A stretch of 64,000 bases of DNA from the human T2T-CHM13v2.0 reference genome, Homo sapiens: NCBI RefSeq assembly GCF_009914755.1, contig NC_060937.1. The stretch is one strand, 5' to 3'. Under the pieces are notes generated by a model that saw only the letters and a program-made list of their open reading frames with translations, had not been told where the DNA came from and did no database searches. This document shows positions 40,611-56,089 of the stretch, in pieces. Position numbers and translations under genes: made by a program. How positions within the stretch are numbered: position 1 is the stretch's first letter; every line of letters begins with the position of its first letter.

Positions 40611-42599
40611 AAATACAGTATTTTCTATAAGTACAGTATGTACTTATTTTTGTCCAATCAGCTAAGCGCACTCAAATTTTGTCATTTTATCCGATGTTGT
40701 CATTTAGAGTATTTTTAAAATTTCAGTAAAGAATCCTGTTTAGGATTGTTAATTAATTTCTCTTTAGTTTTCTCTAATCTGAAATATTTCCACAGCCTTT
40801 TTGTGTCTTGCATGACATAAATTTTTGAAGAATGCAGTACCCCCAACTTTTTATTAGAACACACCAATTAGTTATGAAATGTGCATTTCTTTTGATATGG
40901 ATAATTAATTTCTTGCAAAATAATTGCATGTGAAAAATACTCCTACAAATATAGAATAGAAAAAGATGTTATGTCAATTTCAACACTAAAAAAAAGATCA
41001 TCAGAATCAGTCTATATACCTATTAAGAGGGAATTAGTTACATACTAATATCTACACAAATAAATTCCACATATCCATTCAAAAGTACAATGTTCTTCTA
41101 CTGAAAGATATTCTTAGTATATCATTACTGGAAGAAAAAGAAATCCTAAAAAAAGTAATTATTACGTCTCATTTAAATTTGCTAAGGTATTGCTGCTTTT
41201 ATAAAAACCTTGACAACCAAATTTCAAAAATTTATGTCAACATTATTTTGTATCAAAAACATAAATTTAAAATATTTCTCAAGTTACTTTAGGACTAATC
41301 TAAATAATTAAAACCTCTCCTAAATTCTAAAAAGAGTTTTAAGTTTACTATTCCACAATTTTCTGACATTAGGTATTTATAACAATTTTAGTGACATCTA
41401 AAAGTATTATAATCCTAAGTATTTTATCCAATATAGGACTGCTGATAGCAAAATCTCTTTACAAATTTAGAAAAGGAGTATCCACTGGTGTTTTGAAATA
41501 TGTAAGATTATTATTAATTTAACAAATAATTTTTGGTAATATGTCTAGTATATAATCAAACAAATTACAGGCTGCAACTGTATATATATCAAATAACTAT
41601 CAAAATAATGTGATTATCTTTTGAATCAACTTATAGACATTTAGCAGAAAGTCACATGTAGAAATGTCATCTGTATAATAAACTAGCATGTCAATCTCCC
41701 CCCACAAAAATCATGCAATAGCCAGCAGAATATTGATGCTAATTGGTATATGTTTTTCTTTTAGAAGTGAAAATTCTAACCTTTCACTTGACAGATGTTT
41801 GGGTAAAATGCCATGTAACATTTTGAAAGCTTATTTGTGCTCTTTACAGTTGTGTTTATGCTGCCACACATTCAGGAGCAAACAAATGAAAAAGTAAACA
41901 AGAGTAAAAATATGACTGCATTAGCTATTTACAGATCAACATATAAATCAAAAGCAAGTTAATCTCAAATATATAAAAATATAACTAATTAATCAAATAA
42001 AATATCAACCTAGAAAGCATATTTCAAAACATTTGGAATATTTGAGAACAAACAGCATATAGTATGGTCAAGAGATTCATAATTTTAAATAGATATGAAA
42101 ACTATATATCTTATGAACACAAATCTCTAATTCTCAAATGCTCATTATATTCCTTTCTGTCATAATTTAGCTACAAATGACTACTAATGCAATAATTATA
42201 GTGACAACTGTTTTTTAGAGTTAGTAAAAATTTTTCCAAATATAATGTGGTTCCCACAAATGTGGGTAGAAGGAATATCAGATATTTTGTAAGCATTTTC
42301 GAGATTAGAAAATTTAGTCTCTGTGAAGTTAGCTAACTTGCCTACTGGACTAGATTAAAACCAAGGTATTCTGATAATATTTTCAACCTCATTAATGAAG
42401 AGTCCACCCCCTCCCCACATCAAGTTATTAGAAACATTTAGGTACAATTAAGACTGCCAGTAATTCCATGTGCTTTATTATGTATTATTATTATTATGAC
42501 TGCATTGCTAAATGAATTTATTAATGTTTCTATTGAAAATGTATACCAAGTCCACACAAATCAGTGAGCTTTGCTTGTTCCTGTGTCTTAGACATCTTT

Positions 42600-42749
42600 T
42601 TTTAATTGTTTATTTACTTATTTTTTTTTAACAGAGATGAGGTCTTGCTACGTTGCCCAGGCTGATCTAGATCTCTTGAGCTCAAGTGATCCTCCTGCTT
42701 CCGCCTCCCAAAGTGCTGAGGTTACAGGCATGAGCCACTGCTCCTGGCC
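42600..42749 (-). mobile_element. FLAM/AluJ left monomer
   Basis: Antisense left arm only, T-rich tail. Confidence 0.88.
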
Positions 42750-42819
42750 TTGTGTCATAGATATCTTAAGCCCCTCAGGATAAAAGATAAATACATTTGA
42801 TTGAAAAGATACACAGAGT

Positions 42820-43163
<344 letters not shown>

Positions 43164-44046
43164 TCATAAATAATAGTTTATCAATGTACCACTAATCTAA
43201 TTGATCCAATAAAGAAACTCATCAGATGTGGGACCTTATATACACAACAGTATTAAAATATAACAATTTAGTATACCTAATCTATGGAGTTAAGTAACAG
43301 AATTAAAAGCAGGAAGTAGTAACAAGTATTTTTTTCCTTTGAAATGTTAAGTTACAGCATACCATATCAATAGGTTCTTATTTCATTTACCTATAAATTA
43401 ATTTCTCTTTTACATTAACTGGTCTCTCAGCAATGCATTAAAATAAAAAAAGATTCTTAGTCTTGCACCTACACCCAGGTTGCTGTTATTCTACATTGGG
43501 GATAAATTATTTGCTACAACTTTTATAATGGAAAGCAAGAGAAAGTAGTATAAGCAATCAGTTGGAACTCTCGGGTTTTGGAAAACAGATTTCTGTGAAA
43601 AAAAAGATTTGCCTGGTGAAAAGAACAAAAGCAAACATGGAAATTGATATCACTTATATGAGAGGTAGTGAAATAATAAGAGACTAAATGTATTGGTGAG
43701 GGAAAATTGTACTACTTGTCTATTTATACATTTTCTTTAACATAAATTAATGTGTTCATAATACAAAATTTATAAAATATAAGATGTTAAGAAGTCACCC
43801 ACCATTCTATCACACAGACATAAATACTCACAGTATGTCTTTATAAATGCTTGATGTTTATCTCACCACTTATTTTTCTACATACAAATGTGTATATACA
43901 AGTTTTAAGAATGTTTTAATAGTATATACTCTGTTCCTATCCTGTTTTAATATAAATTTTAACTGTTTCCATTTTATTAATTTTTATGTTAACATTTCAA
44001 TTGAATGCTATCATATAAGTTGTAGGATGTATTTATCCAATTCTTT

Positions 44047-44590
44047 TGTGGGTAGTCAGAATACTACATTATATGGGAAAAAAAAGTACTTTGCAGATTT
44101 AACTAAGATTGTAGACTGATTCAGAGAGATTGTCCTGAGTTGTCTGACTGGACCCAATCTAATAACATAAGCCCTTAAAAGCAGAGAATTTTCTTCTACT
44201 GGAGGCCAAAGAAATAGCACAGAAGGGGAATTCAGACAGATTTAAAGCTTGAGAAGGAACAGGCTTTTCTGGTTTGAATATGGAAGGGCAATGGTGCTTA
44301 TTGTGGGGTGGGGAGACGGGGGAGGGATAGCATTAGGAGATATACCTAATGTTAAATGACGAGTTAGTGGGTGCAGTACACCACCATGGCACATGTATAC
44401 TTATGTAACTAACCTGCACGTTGTGCACATGTACCCTAAAACTTAAAGTATAATAATTTAACAAAAAAAGAAAAACAAAAAAAGAATGCAAACTGCTGAG
44501 GAAGTCTCTTGTCTGAGAACCAGCAAGGAAATGTGGACCTCCACTCCTACAGTAACACTGAATTTATACAACCTTGGATCTTGGATGAAG
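44047..44590 (+). mobile_element. MaLR LTR (MLT1E-like) interrupted by L1PA
   Basis: tgtgggtagtcagaat...ctttgcagat...ggacccaatctaataacataagcccttaaaagcagag; resumes after 44482. Confidence 0.75.
44301..44482 (+). mobile_element. Short L1PA (about L1PA4) 3' end
   Basis: ggagggatagcattaggagatatacctaatgttaaatgacgag...cttaaagtataat plus A tail. Confidence 0.93.
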
Positions 44591-45358
44591 CACCTTCTTT
44601 GTCTGCCTCCTTCACTATTATAATTCCATGCCCTAAAACCCTAAAATTTACATCTCATTTGCTAGGTCAATAAATAAATAAATTATATTCCTTTTTTTGG
44701 AGCTTGTTCTTTACTATCACTTGCTGAAGTTTTGTTTTTTTCTTTTCCTTGAGGAATAATTCCACGTTTCTTATTGATTTGTGGGAGCTCAAAGTTCTAT
44801 ACAGGTATTAAATACATAGAGGATGAGACATTCAGAAGACAAATCTCTCTTATAGAAGAAGAAAAATACATGAAAGTGAGTTAATGAAAATTAAAAGAAA
44901 TTAGGAGACCACCCAAAGCAGTTCTGGGAAGCGTAAATTGGGGTTACCCCTTAACAGTAATTTTTTCATCATCTTTGAATTTCACATGTCGGGGGAATAT
45001 GTCTATGTTTGTTTTTACATTTTGCTGGTATTCAATGAGGTGGTCTAATTTATAAACCTAGGCCTTTTCAACCTTTTTTCCTCATATTTTTATGGTTATA
45101 GATTTTCCTCAGTTTCCCCATTTTATTTTGTTTTCTTCTTTTAAAATTTCTGTCATTTATTACTATATTCTGGTAATAGCCTGTTCTTGTCATTGTATTT
45201 ATTTTTCTCTGATTTTATTTATCTCTTCATCCACCCCATTGCTCTGAGTTATAGAAAAATATCTGAACTTTCTCTTGTATTTCTCCAAGTTTTCTGCAAT
45301 ATTCTTCTGCTATTGACTGCACTTACTGTAGTTTTTCACTTTACAGTCATGATATTTT

Positions 45359-45667
<309 letters not shown>

Positions 45668-46356
45668 TGACATTTTAAATATTGTCACTTTGTCTTCATG
45701 ATTACCTATTCAAGTTTCATGGATTCACTGTTTCCAAAAATCTTTTTGAGACCTTGATGTACAATTTTTATGAAGACTTTCTTCTGTTTCTGCATTAATT
45801 CCACTTTGTAAGAGAATGTATACTTTGATTCCTTAATGTGGTCCTGAAACTCTAACTTAACAGTAGTACTATTTTTCATAATGATACACTTACCTTGTTC
45901 ATCTTCACAGAGAGAGATCCTTGAGGGGGTTAAGACAGATTCCCTGAGAGACTGCAGATTTTTATCAAATCCAGACAAAAGTGAGGGCTGAAACTTCTGA
46001 TTCACTTCCTATAGCTACTGATAAAATAAAATTTGCATCCACTACTTTCCACAGCCTACTATTTGTGCTTCTTCTCTTCATGGACATGATATTTACATTC
46101 TTCCAGGGTCTCCTTCCTCTTACTCCCAGGGAAGTGACTCTGGGGAGTTAAGACTTGAGAAACGTCAAGATGGGACTAGTCCCATCTCACCTGTATCTAT
46201 AAATCACTCTTAGTTATTCAAATATGTCACTGTTTCTCTTTCTATTATCATGCACAATTTTCTTTGTATTCATTTATTTTCTAGTGATATTTTTAATGAC
46301 AGTTTAGCAAGATTTGAGGCAAAGGAGTAATACGTGACAACTGCACATGTCACTAA

Positions 46357-47300
<944 letters not shown>

Positions 47301-49038
47301 TAACTAGACAGATTTATACCATCCATCTTTCACCAGAGTGAGAAAGATCTCTACATCTCAATGGATTTTTTGCTGCTAATCCTGAATAGCAAAGTGAAAA
47401 GACTGCACCCTGGACAATCTTTTTATTCTCTCCTGGTTGTGAGATGCACTTGAACCACAATAGTTACAAGCTTCCAATTGTAAATGAAGTTTCTGGTCAT
47501 AAGCACAGGAAGCTATTTTTATAAACAGATTTTTCAATTATTAAAATATGATCATATTGTGCAATGTATTACACAAACCTGTCTCACTTTTCTTAAAATT
47601 TTAATATTAGCAGATTAAAGCTAATTCCTGAAAATTGTTGAAACTGAGCTACTCATTGTAAACAATGCGTATGCTAGTCAACTATATACAATTCCTACAA
47701 GTGTTCATGAAAATATTTGTGTACATTGAATTTATAGATTACCATCAAATTTATTGAAAAGAGGTCTTGTAGCATTCAAGCATATTCTTGAATGGATCCT
47801 TGTAACAAAGGAATTTAATTAGCGGTATTCCTTATTGATACATTTTCAGAATATTATTAATTTATATTTGTATAAATGGCTGAGCAGTACAATAAATTTT
47901 AAATTAATCTGTTTTTATGCCTTTCTTTGAGTCTTATTCCCTTAGTATATGACTCGGAGGGGAAAATGGATCACCCTGACTCATATAATTATTATAACCA
48001 ATATGTTTCTGAATTTGATCTGTATTTTTCTGAGAAAAATTGGCCAATATTTAAATAAGCACTTGAGAATCTAAATTCCTTTTTTCTAATACTACATTTA
48101 TGGTTGTCACATATCAAACATATATTGCAAAAAGCATTTTTGGTAAGAAATTAAGATATCTCACTTATTTACTACCAAAGTTCTACTTAAGTCTTTCAAT
48201 GTTTAATTAAAATATTATATAAATCATTCTATTTCTGTTTTAGTATTGTCCATTTCTAAATGATTATGGCCTTTTTCCTACATATTCTTCTTACCTTTTC
48301 TCTTATCACTGGCAACAAGTGACACTGACTCAGAAAGCTACAGATACTCTTTAAAAATCTGAGTATAGAGATAGATTAGATTTCAGTAGCTCCAAAAATG
48401 AATTCAGCCATGGTAATTTTCAAGAAGTTTCATTCCAGTGGTTCCTTTTATTTAATATCTAACATCATTTCAAAAACATCACTCAAGTAAGAACAGAAAT
48501 TATTTTATTGGATGTGTATTTGTTTATGAATATTTTTGGGGGAAAAAATAAACAAAGGTGCTTTACCTAAAACAAGAGTGTGCTATTTTGAGGGTGACAG
48601 ACAATAGCTGTTTAACAGCGCTTAGTTTTCAATTGAAATGCTCCGAATTTTAAAAGATAAGAGAAAATAATATGCTTAGCTCACTGAAAAGAGGAATTTA
48701 CATAAGCAGAACGTAATTATCCAAGTAAGACCTTGTCGCTGAAACTTGGGAGGGTTAATGATTATGATGATAATTAAAATGCAGGGATTTGTAGAGTACT
48801 TATTTGCTTTCTGAAGAGCTCAGCGTACTTCTATATTCTTCTCATTGATCTCTGTGCGAGAGCTATACAACAGGCTGCTTAAATACCTCAGAATTATGGA
48901 AAGAAATATATGGCTTGTTATATCCATAAGTTATTATAAGTTTTTGGTTTTTGCCTCACCTGAAAGGCAGGACCTCCGGTGACACAGCTTTTTGAAACAT
49001 CATTTTAGGTCATTGTTGCTAAACTGACTCTGAGGAAA

Positions 49039-49057
49039 GAGTGCCACCTACTGAATC
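49039..49057 (-). promoter_or_regulatory. Candidate CTCF site (reverse)
   Basis: Minus strand TCAGTAGGTGGCAC versus core consensus CCASYAGRKGGCRS (one mismatch). Confidence 0.5.
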
Positions 49058-49344
49058 AAATGTCCCGGGTTGCCTCCAAGGGCTGGTCTCCAGCTTTAGA
49101 ATTGTCCTAACATGCTTAGCTATAAGAAACAATGAGATTGCTGCACCATGCATGAAATCATCATATTTGTTTCCAGCTTTAGCCACCTTATTTTAACAAT
49201 CCAGCGGTCACATCTGTAAATTAACTATTTAATTCATAAGCTTTTCATTTGTTTTTAAAAAGTAGTATACAAAGATTAAACAAACCTAATTTTCCTAAGA
49301 AGTAAATTTCCCTAATGCCGGAATGTCTCGCTCTACTGTCAAAG

Positions 49345-49363
49345 TGACCACAAGGGGGAGCTA
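49345..49363 (+). promoter_or_regulatory. Candidate CTCF site (forward)
   Basis: TGACCACAAGGGGGAGCTA versus TGGCCACCAGGGGGCGCTA (16/19). Confidence 0.6.
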
Positions 49364-50410
49364 GCATGTAACTTCTTATGGGGCAGGAGCATTGAGGTTG
49401 TGTAATGAATTGATCTTGTTTCTGGCTGACAAATTAGGAAAGAATGGAAATATGCCACTTGAAACTCATGAAGCTCAAGACAGTTTTTCTCTGAATTACA
49501 TTTTGCACAACTTAATCTAACTCCTCTTCTTAATATGTACTAGCTAATACATCAGATAGAGTATAACATGTTATTTGGTTGGACAACTCTTTTTTATCCA
49601 TGGTCAAGTCTATCTATACATACACAATTTATTTTGACCACACTAAATGACATTCAATTTTAAAACTTAAATATAAAAGTCTTAAAATAATTTTAAATAT
49701 GTCTCAGTACTTCAGAATGTATGCCCTGAAATATGTGTCACTTTTCAAGAGTCATTGGTTACTAATTTACATTTACTTCTGACTTACAAACTTAAAATTG
49801 TACATAAAGTACAAAAATACGAGTTGTAAATTTAGTTTATTTATTGCATGAATTACAAATTAACCTCTTGAAGATGTAACTTGCCTGTCTTTGTAGGGTT
49901 AATCCTACAAAGTGACTTCGAGTGTTCATCGGCAACACACTTCTTATACTAGCAAGGAGAACGCATATTAATAGATATGTATATGTCATCATATATTACA
50001 TATTATAACATAGACGTAATATTGAAGAAAATTAAAATACATTTCCTGATCTAAATATTTTTTCTAATAGCAACATTTCACAATTGTAATAAAAACAAAA
50101 AAGTTCTATATTAAATTTAAAATGCTGTCTGTTTATAGAAATATTTTATACTTTTTCTTATTGTGTTGTTCTGTAGGCAAGATTGAGTTTTCAAAAAATT
50201 TAAAAATAAACAGTAATTATATTTTTAAAAATTATGAACAAATTATTAAATTTTTTTCCAGAATTTTAAAAATTCTTGTTAAATTATGTTGCTTTTATAC
50301 AGTCCACGTTTATCATCAAGGAGAAAGATATGTTTTAGCGATTGTCCTGTTAGTAGTGTGGATTTCTCATTTGTTAAAAGGTAAAGCTTTTATTAAAAAG
50401 TTAGAAAATG

Positions 50411-50708
<298 letters not shown>

Positions 50709-53164
50709 AAAAGTTATAAAATGGTTGATGGCTGTGTATTAGAGGTGAACCATACATATCTCTAAAAGAGAAGAGCAGCTAGGAGAACTAGCTATGAAGG
50801 AACTTCTATCATTAATTTGATAATTTAAATGTGACATGGAAATCTTTGATACATATTATATCTAAAACAGTTTAGCTATTAAATTTACTTTTGAAAATTT
50901 TCTGTTAATGAATAAAAATGTATGAAACCAGGCAGTGAATTGATGGTAAAAATGATACAGAAGGAGAGAATAATTGTGGAGAGAATGACTTTTTATTCAT
51001 ATAAACAATGACTGCATTGAAAACATCAGCATCAAAAATGTCTCTTAAGAACTGTATTTTATTGAACTCAAGAACACAGCAAGTAGGACAAGTGGCTGAA
51101 GAATGTTAAAACTGATGCTATTATGACTGCATGCATAAACTCTCAGAACTACAACTACAACTAATAAATATGTATTTTAAGGAGTCTTTCTGAGGCAAAA
51201 TTAAATAAGTTACGTTACATAAAATTCCATAAATTGCATTTCAACATTATTCTTTAATAATAGTGCTATTCAATTATTGGAATACTATAGCAGTACTAAT
51301 CATTTTTATCAGTCTATAAAAATAGATTTTAATAGTTGTCTTTTTGAAGCTATTCCAACATAACAATCAATTTACCTTTAAAACTCACCTAGACTAGCAT
51401 ATTTTATTAGACACGTTATAATTATATGTCTTTCCAAATACTTTTCTCAATGAGTATCCACACATACATGGTTTGAATAACTTACAAATCTTTAGATGTT
51501 TAATGTGTGTGTATTAAAAGATATAATTTCTGTTTAAGGTTAAGACTATCATTTGTAATTATAAATAACAACTATCAATCAGTCTCTTCTTGAGACGTGA
51601 GACTGCAAGTATCTTTAGCTATTTATACAAACATATATTCTTCTAGATTCCTCAGTTTCGGGTTCTATGTAGCCTTCTATGGTATTAAAACATATTTCTG
51701 AACGATTTAGCTATATTTATACTATCTCTCTTTTTAAAATTAAGTTTAATACTTTAAACACAGTGAAAAATACATTCCTCAATAACTATGTTGTAAACAA
51801 AAAAACTGTTTGGGGAAAAAATACAAGTCTTAAGAGATGGTTAAAAATTAGGAGTGATTATTGTGGTTAAAGGAAAGCCAAACCATTGGAAATGAAATAT
51901 CAGTTAATTTCACTCCCTTTGAACATAAACTAGGTATGGGACATAAGGAAGAAAATTAAGTACCTTGGGTATATGTCAGTATTCAGCAATAAAATTTAAT
52001 ACTATAGGTTAAATAAAATACAAATATGTGATACATTTCAGTCAGACACGCTGTGGTCTTCACCTAAAGCATGGTAGTTCTTTTTATATACACTAGGGGG
52101 CGATGTGACATAATTACTCTGGAGGGGTCATAAGCAAATTTATCTCTATGAGGATGTATTCTCATATCACTGGGTCTCTTAGAAGCTGTATTTCTAACAA
52201 CTCTCAGTTGCATGCCAGCACATCTCATTAAGTCTAATTGATAAATCATAATACCCTTTCCTTGGAATTTTTCCCATTCTCTCGTTTTTGCTTTATGGCA
52301 AACAAACCTCAAGGATATTTTATTACTTTCTTTGAATTAGTATGTAATGCAAAAAAGACATAGATTTGCTGTATTTAAAAAGTAATAATAAGTGAATGTG
52401 CAGTCACTATTCTTTATTCAAGTTAGCTGCTGCTTTTAAAGCCTTAAAACCTCTGATCTTCAGCTTCCAAAATACGTGCCTTGGGACAGAGGTATTAACC
52501 CCAAAGAGACATAAAACTGGCATTTCCCAAGGCAGCATGGTTAAGTACTCACTCAGGAAAACAATCTAGATTTCTACAAAGCTCTGACTCTCCCGTTCAG
52601 CAATAGTATATGCGTGACAAACTACCTGTTTAGAAAATACAAAGACACTTCAGGATTTAAAAGTCTGGCTGTAAACAGCTTCTCTTTGAGTTTTTAAACT
52701 GTCAGAGTCTCTTAAGGGAATGGCGAATTTTTGATACAGATCAGACTGCAAATTCAGACTATAGGTTATCTCATTGAATACTCCAGGAAACAGCTCCTAT
52801 ACCTGAATCTTTAAGCAATTATCCCAATAAAAATCTTCAGAACTATCTTGTAATTTGTTTGGATTTGATTTTCTTTGAAGGCTGAATGATTCATGTTACA
52901 CACTTGTATGTTAGTCATTCACAATTTATAAATGGCAACTTCAGTATTTATGAATTGCGATCAATACTCTAGCAATCAAACACTCACCTTTTCTATTTCA
53001 ATACTTCAATTTTCTTTTTTGTTCTTAACTCTTTCTCAGAACGGCTGGATCACGAGCAAACCAGTCTCCAGTTGCAGATGTTTGTGATAATATTTAGGGA
53101 AAAAAAACTCTCTGAGATTAGTAAATGAAGTTGGAGAATAAATAGATGAATCAGAAGTCGGCCT

Positions 53165-53231
53165 GTGTATGTGTGCTTGTGTATGTGGTGTGTGGTGGTG
53201 GTGTGTGTGTGTGTATATATGTGTGTGTGTG
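53165..53231. repeat. Imperfect (TG)n/(GGT)n repeat
   Basis: Read directly from the sequence. Confidence 0.9.
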
Positions 53232-53414
53232 TTATGGCTTACAAAACAGAAATCTTAGATCTCCTAATGATTGGCCTTCGTGTTTTATACTTTTGTTTTC
53301 ATGGATCTTTAGCAAATGCGGTTATCAATGGCTATTTGATCTTAAGGAGAAAAAATCAAATTGCAATGTGACACTTTAATAACAAGAATGGAGGTGAACA
53401 AAACACCGAAACTA

Positions 53415-53415
53415 G

Positions 53416-53440
<25 letters not shown>
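53415..53440. repeat. (GT)13 microsatellite
   Basis: Read directly from the sequence. Confidence 0.97.
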
Positions 53441-53447
<7 letters not shown>

Positions 53448-53739
53448 TGGGGGGTGGGTATCCACTTTACCTTGAACCTGGGCTGAGATGGTGAGGAAGG
53501 ATGACCAAAAGGGGTAGAACCTTAAGTAGTATTTAGCCGGATTTGAGTTTACAAAGCTTGTATTGACAGTGAGCCTTTCTCCTTAAAGGAGAGGCTCTAT
53601 TTCTCTTAAGAGACATAGCCTCTCTTTCAACGGGAGTCTGCTTTTCTTCTGAAACACTTTCATAATTAAGTGACTTTCCTTGCATAGTTGCCTGAGGACA
53701 GCTGATTTTTCTCAGAGGATGAAGAAAGTTACATATTGA

Positions 53740-54500
53740 TTGCTGTTGCTCGCGGCATGTTCGTACCAGCGCGGGCAGAAACGGGCTCACGAGCGCCCTC
53801 GAATTCACACACACTCACCGAAATACACATCTCAGCCCGTGGAAGCGCATTCACACACACCCACGTACACTCCTCCGCACCTCATTCAGATGGGTCCACG
53901 CGGAGTCAGGGCTGCGCTTCCCTTGGCATGGGCGTGTGTGCGGCGAGGGCGTGTGTGCGTGCGTGTGTGAGAGTGTGTGTAGAGAAACCCTTTAGGCAGA
54001 CCGCAGCTACGTTATTCTGCAAGCATACTGCGATTCCCGATTCCGTGTATGTAGGACCACAAAAAAATTAAATCGCTGTTAAACTTTTTTTTGTAAATTC
54101 TCTTTTCCGAAGGAAGGCGCTGGAAGAGCTACTCCCGGTGGTTAAAGGCCCGGGAGACCTGGTGGCGAATCCTGGGGCGCGTCCGCTTTGGCGGAGCGCT
54201 GGGCTCCGCTAGCCGGACTGGTTCCCCATCTAACTGATCTAATCAATGACTCCGAAGAGCCGGGGCTCCTGGCCCCGCCCCCGCCATCCTCTTCTCCGCC
54301 TCCCATTGGACGCGGGCCGAGAAGGCAGGGCCTTGCTCCTCGCTCGGATTGGCTGACAGGGAATCAGTATCAATGTTTAAGCGGCGGCGTGAGGTGAATA
54401 GAGTCAGTCAGCAAGAGACGCTGGGGAGAGAGCAGGGATCGCGAGCCCGGCGGATGCGGCAGCGGCGGAAGGCGGCTGGGGAGACGCTACTCCAACTGTT
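53740..54500. promoter_or_regulatory. CpG-rich upstream promoter segment
   Basis: Abrupt rise in GC and CpG content relative to the AT-rich upstream DNA. Confidence 0.8.
54271..54410 (+). promoter_or_regulatory. Putative upstream core promoter of PCDH17
   Basis: GC box GGCCCCGCCCCC 54271-54282; reverse CCAAT boxes 54305-54309 and 54348-54352; TGACAG 54354-54359; TTTAA 54376-54380; Inr-like TCAGT 54404-54408. Confidence 0.65.
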
Positions 54501-56089
54501 GAATTGAATTTTCACCTTTCCTTTCATCCGCTGCTTTGCTTGCGGAGATGGATTTATTTGCTTTGAAATCCGCATATCTTTCTCAGACTGTGGGGTGATC
54601 CCGGCAGACACCAGACTGAAAGAGACCACCCGTGACAGAAAAGGAGGAATTAAAAAAAAAAAAAACCTCCACAACAGACTGCACAATTAACTGTACACAT
54701 CGATGTTGGACTTTGTGAATAGAAAAAATTGAGAGGAAAATCTTGAACTATGATGCGAGGCTAAGCTGGGAACAATTACTGGAAACCTGATTTTGTTTTT
54801 CCTTTTCCAAGACTCTGAAAAATTTCGGGGTACCTCTCGCCTAACCAAGAGGAAAGGTTTAAAAAAAATAAACAAAATAAATAAACCAATACACCTAGCA
54901 AAGCAGACGCCTTGTTTTCCAGAACCTCGGACTCCGGCAGAAAGAGGTAGAGTAAAAGTGCTGCTAGATTCAGCTTCACCTTCTTCCCTCCATCCTTTTC
55001 TCTTGCATTTTCTTTTTCCCCAAAAACATGAATCTGGTTTTTCTTTCTATAGACTGAGTCAGAGAAAGCGTTAGGAAGAAGCCGCAACTAATGTCTGTGA
55101 AGGGAGGACCATGAGGCGAGAGTGAATACGATTCGTTCCGCTGCTTCTGACTCATCCGGCAGATCGGAACACCTGCATTTCTGGATGTGTCATTCCCGTA
55201 TGTCGAGGCGCCTCCAGAACCCGAAATAATGTGTAGACAGACCTGTGTCTAACATCCCCTCGGAGGGAGCTCCCCGGGGTAGGAGCCCCTGGCTGGACCG
55301 CCGCGGCCGCAGCTCTGCACCCCCTGCCCTCCCTGAGTCGCCCAGAAAAACTGAAAGAGAGACTGCAGAATGCATCACGCCAAACCTTGATGTGTTGCTT
55401 TCATCCAGCCCACTCCTCCTACTATAAGAGAAAATTGAAGGAAAAAAAAAAACACGTACTTTATTTGCTTCAAATATTCATCACTTTTATTCCTCGCCAA
55501 GGTTTTCTTTTCTAGATGAAGAGGACTGGGAGGCAGGGCTATTGGAAGGAGATGCTGAATAGAAAGAAAAGAGGCACTTGACAGCCCAGCCCTGTGAATG
55601 CAGAGACTGTTTCCCTTCTAGCGAGAGACAGGGAGAGTGTGTGTGCAAGGACTGGGAGGGAGGCTCCCCCTTCCTTTTTATTCGGCCTCCCCCCTCCTCC
55701 TTTAAATGTGCACGTCCAACCATGAGTTGCCTGTTGATTTCCCTTCGCCTGGGAAGAAAAGCAAACTGGAATTAAACTGCTTGGAGAGAAGTCCTTGCTC
55801 GCGGGGAGAGGATGGGATGGTAGCGGAGGCTACTGGCTTGGCGTAGAGAAATCAGAGAGTGTGTTCTACGAACAGAGGCGAAGATTTATCTCTCTACTTC
55901 CCCCCTCCCAATAGACTCACACAGCAAATGCTGATCAGGCTGTGGCTTTCTTGATTTCGGGGGAGAGCCTTTTCCGAGGAAGAGAGGGAGGAGCCTGGTG
56001 GGGAGAGGAAACTACAAATCGGGACACTAGTTCTTTACGCTGCATTTCCTCCCCTCCCTTTGGCTGCTCGGAAAGGAGAGAGAGGAAAA

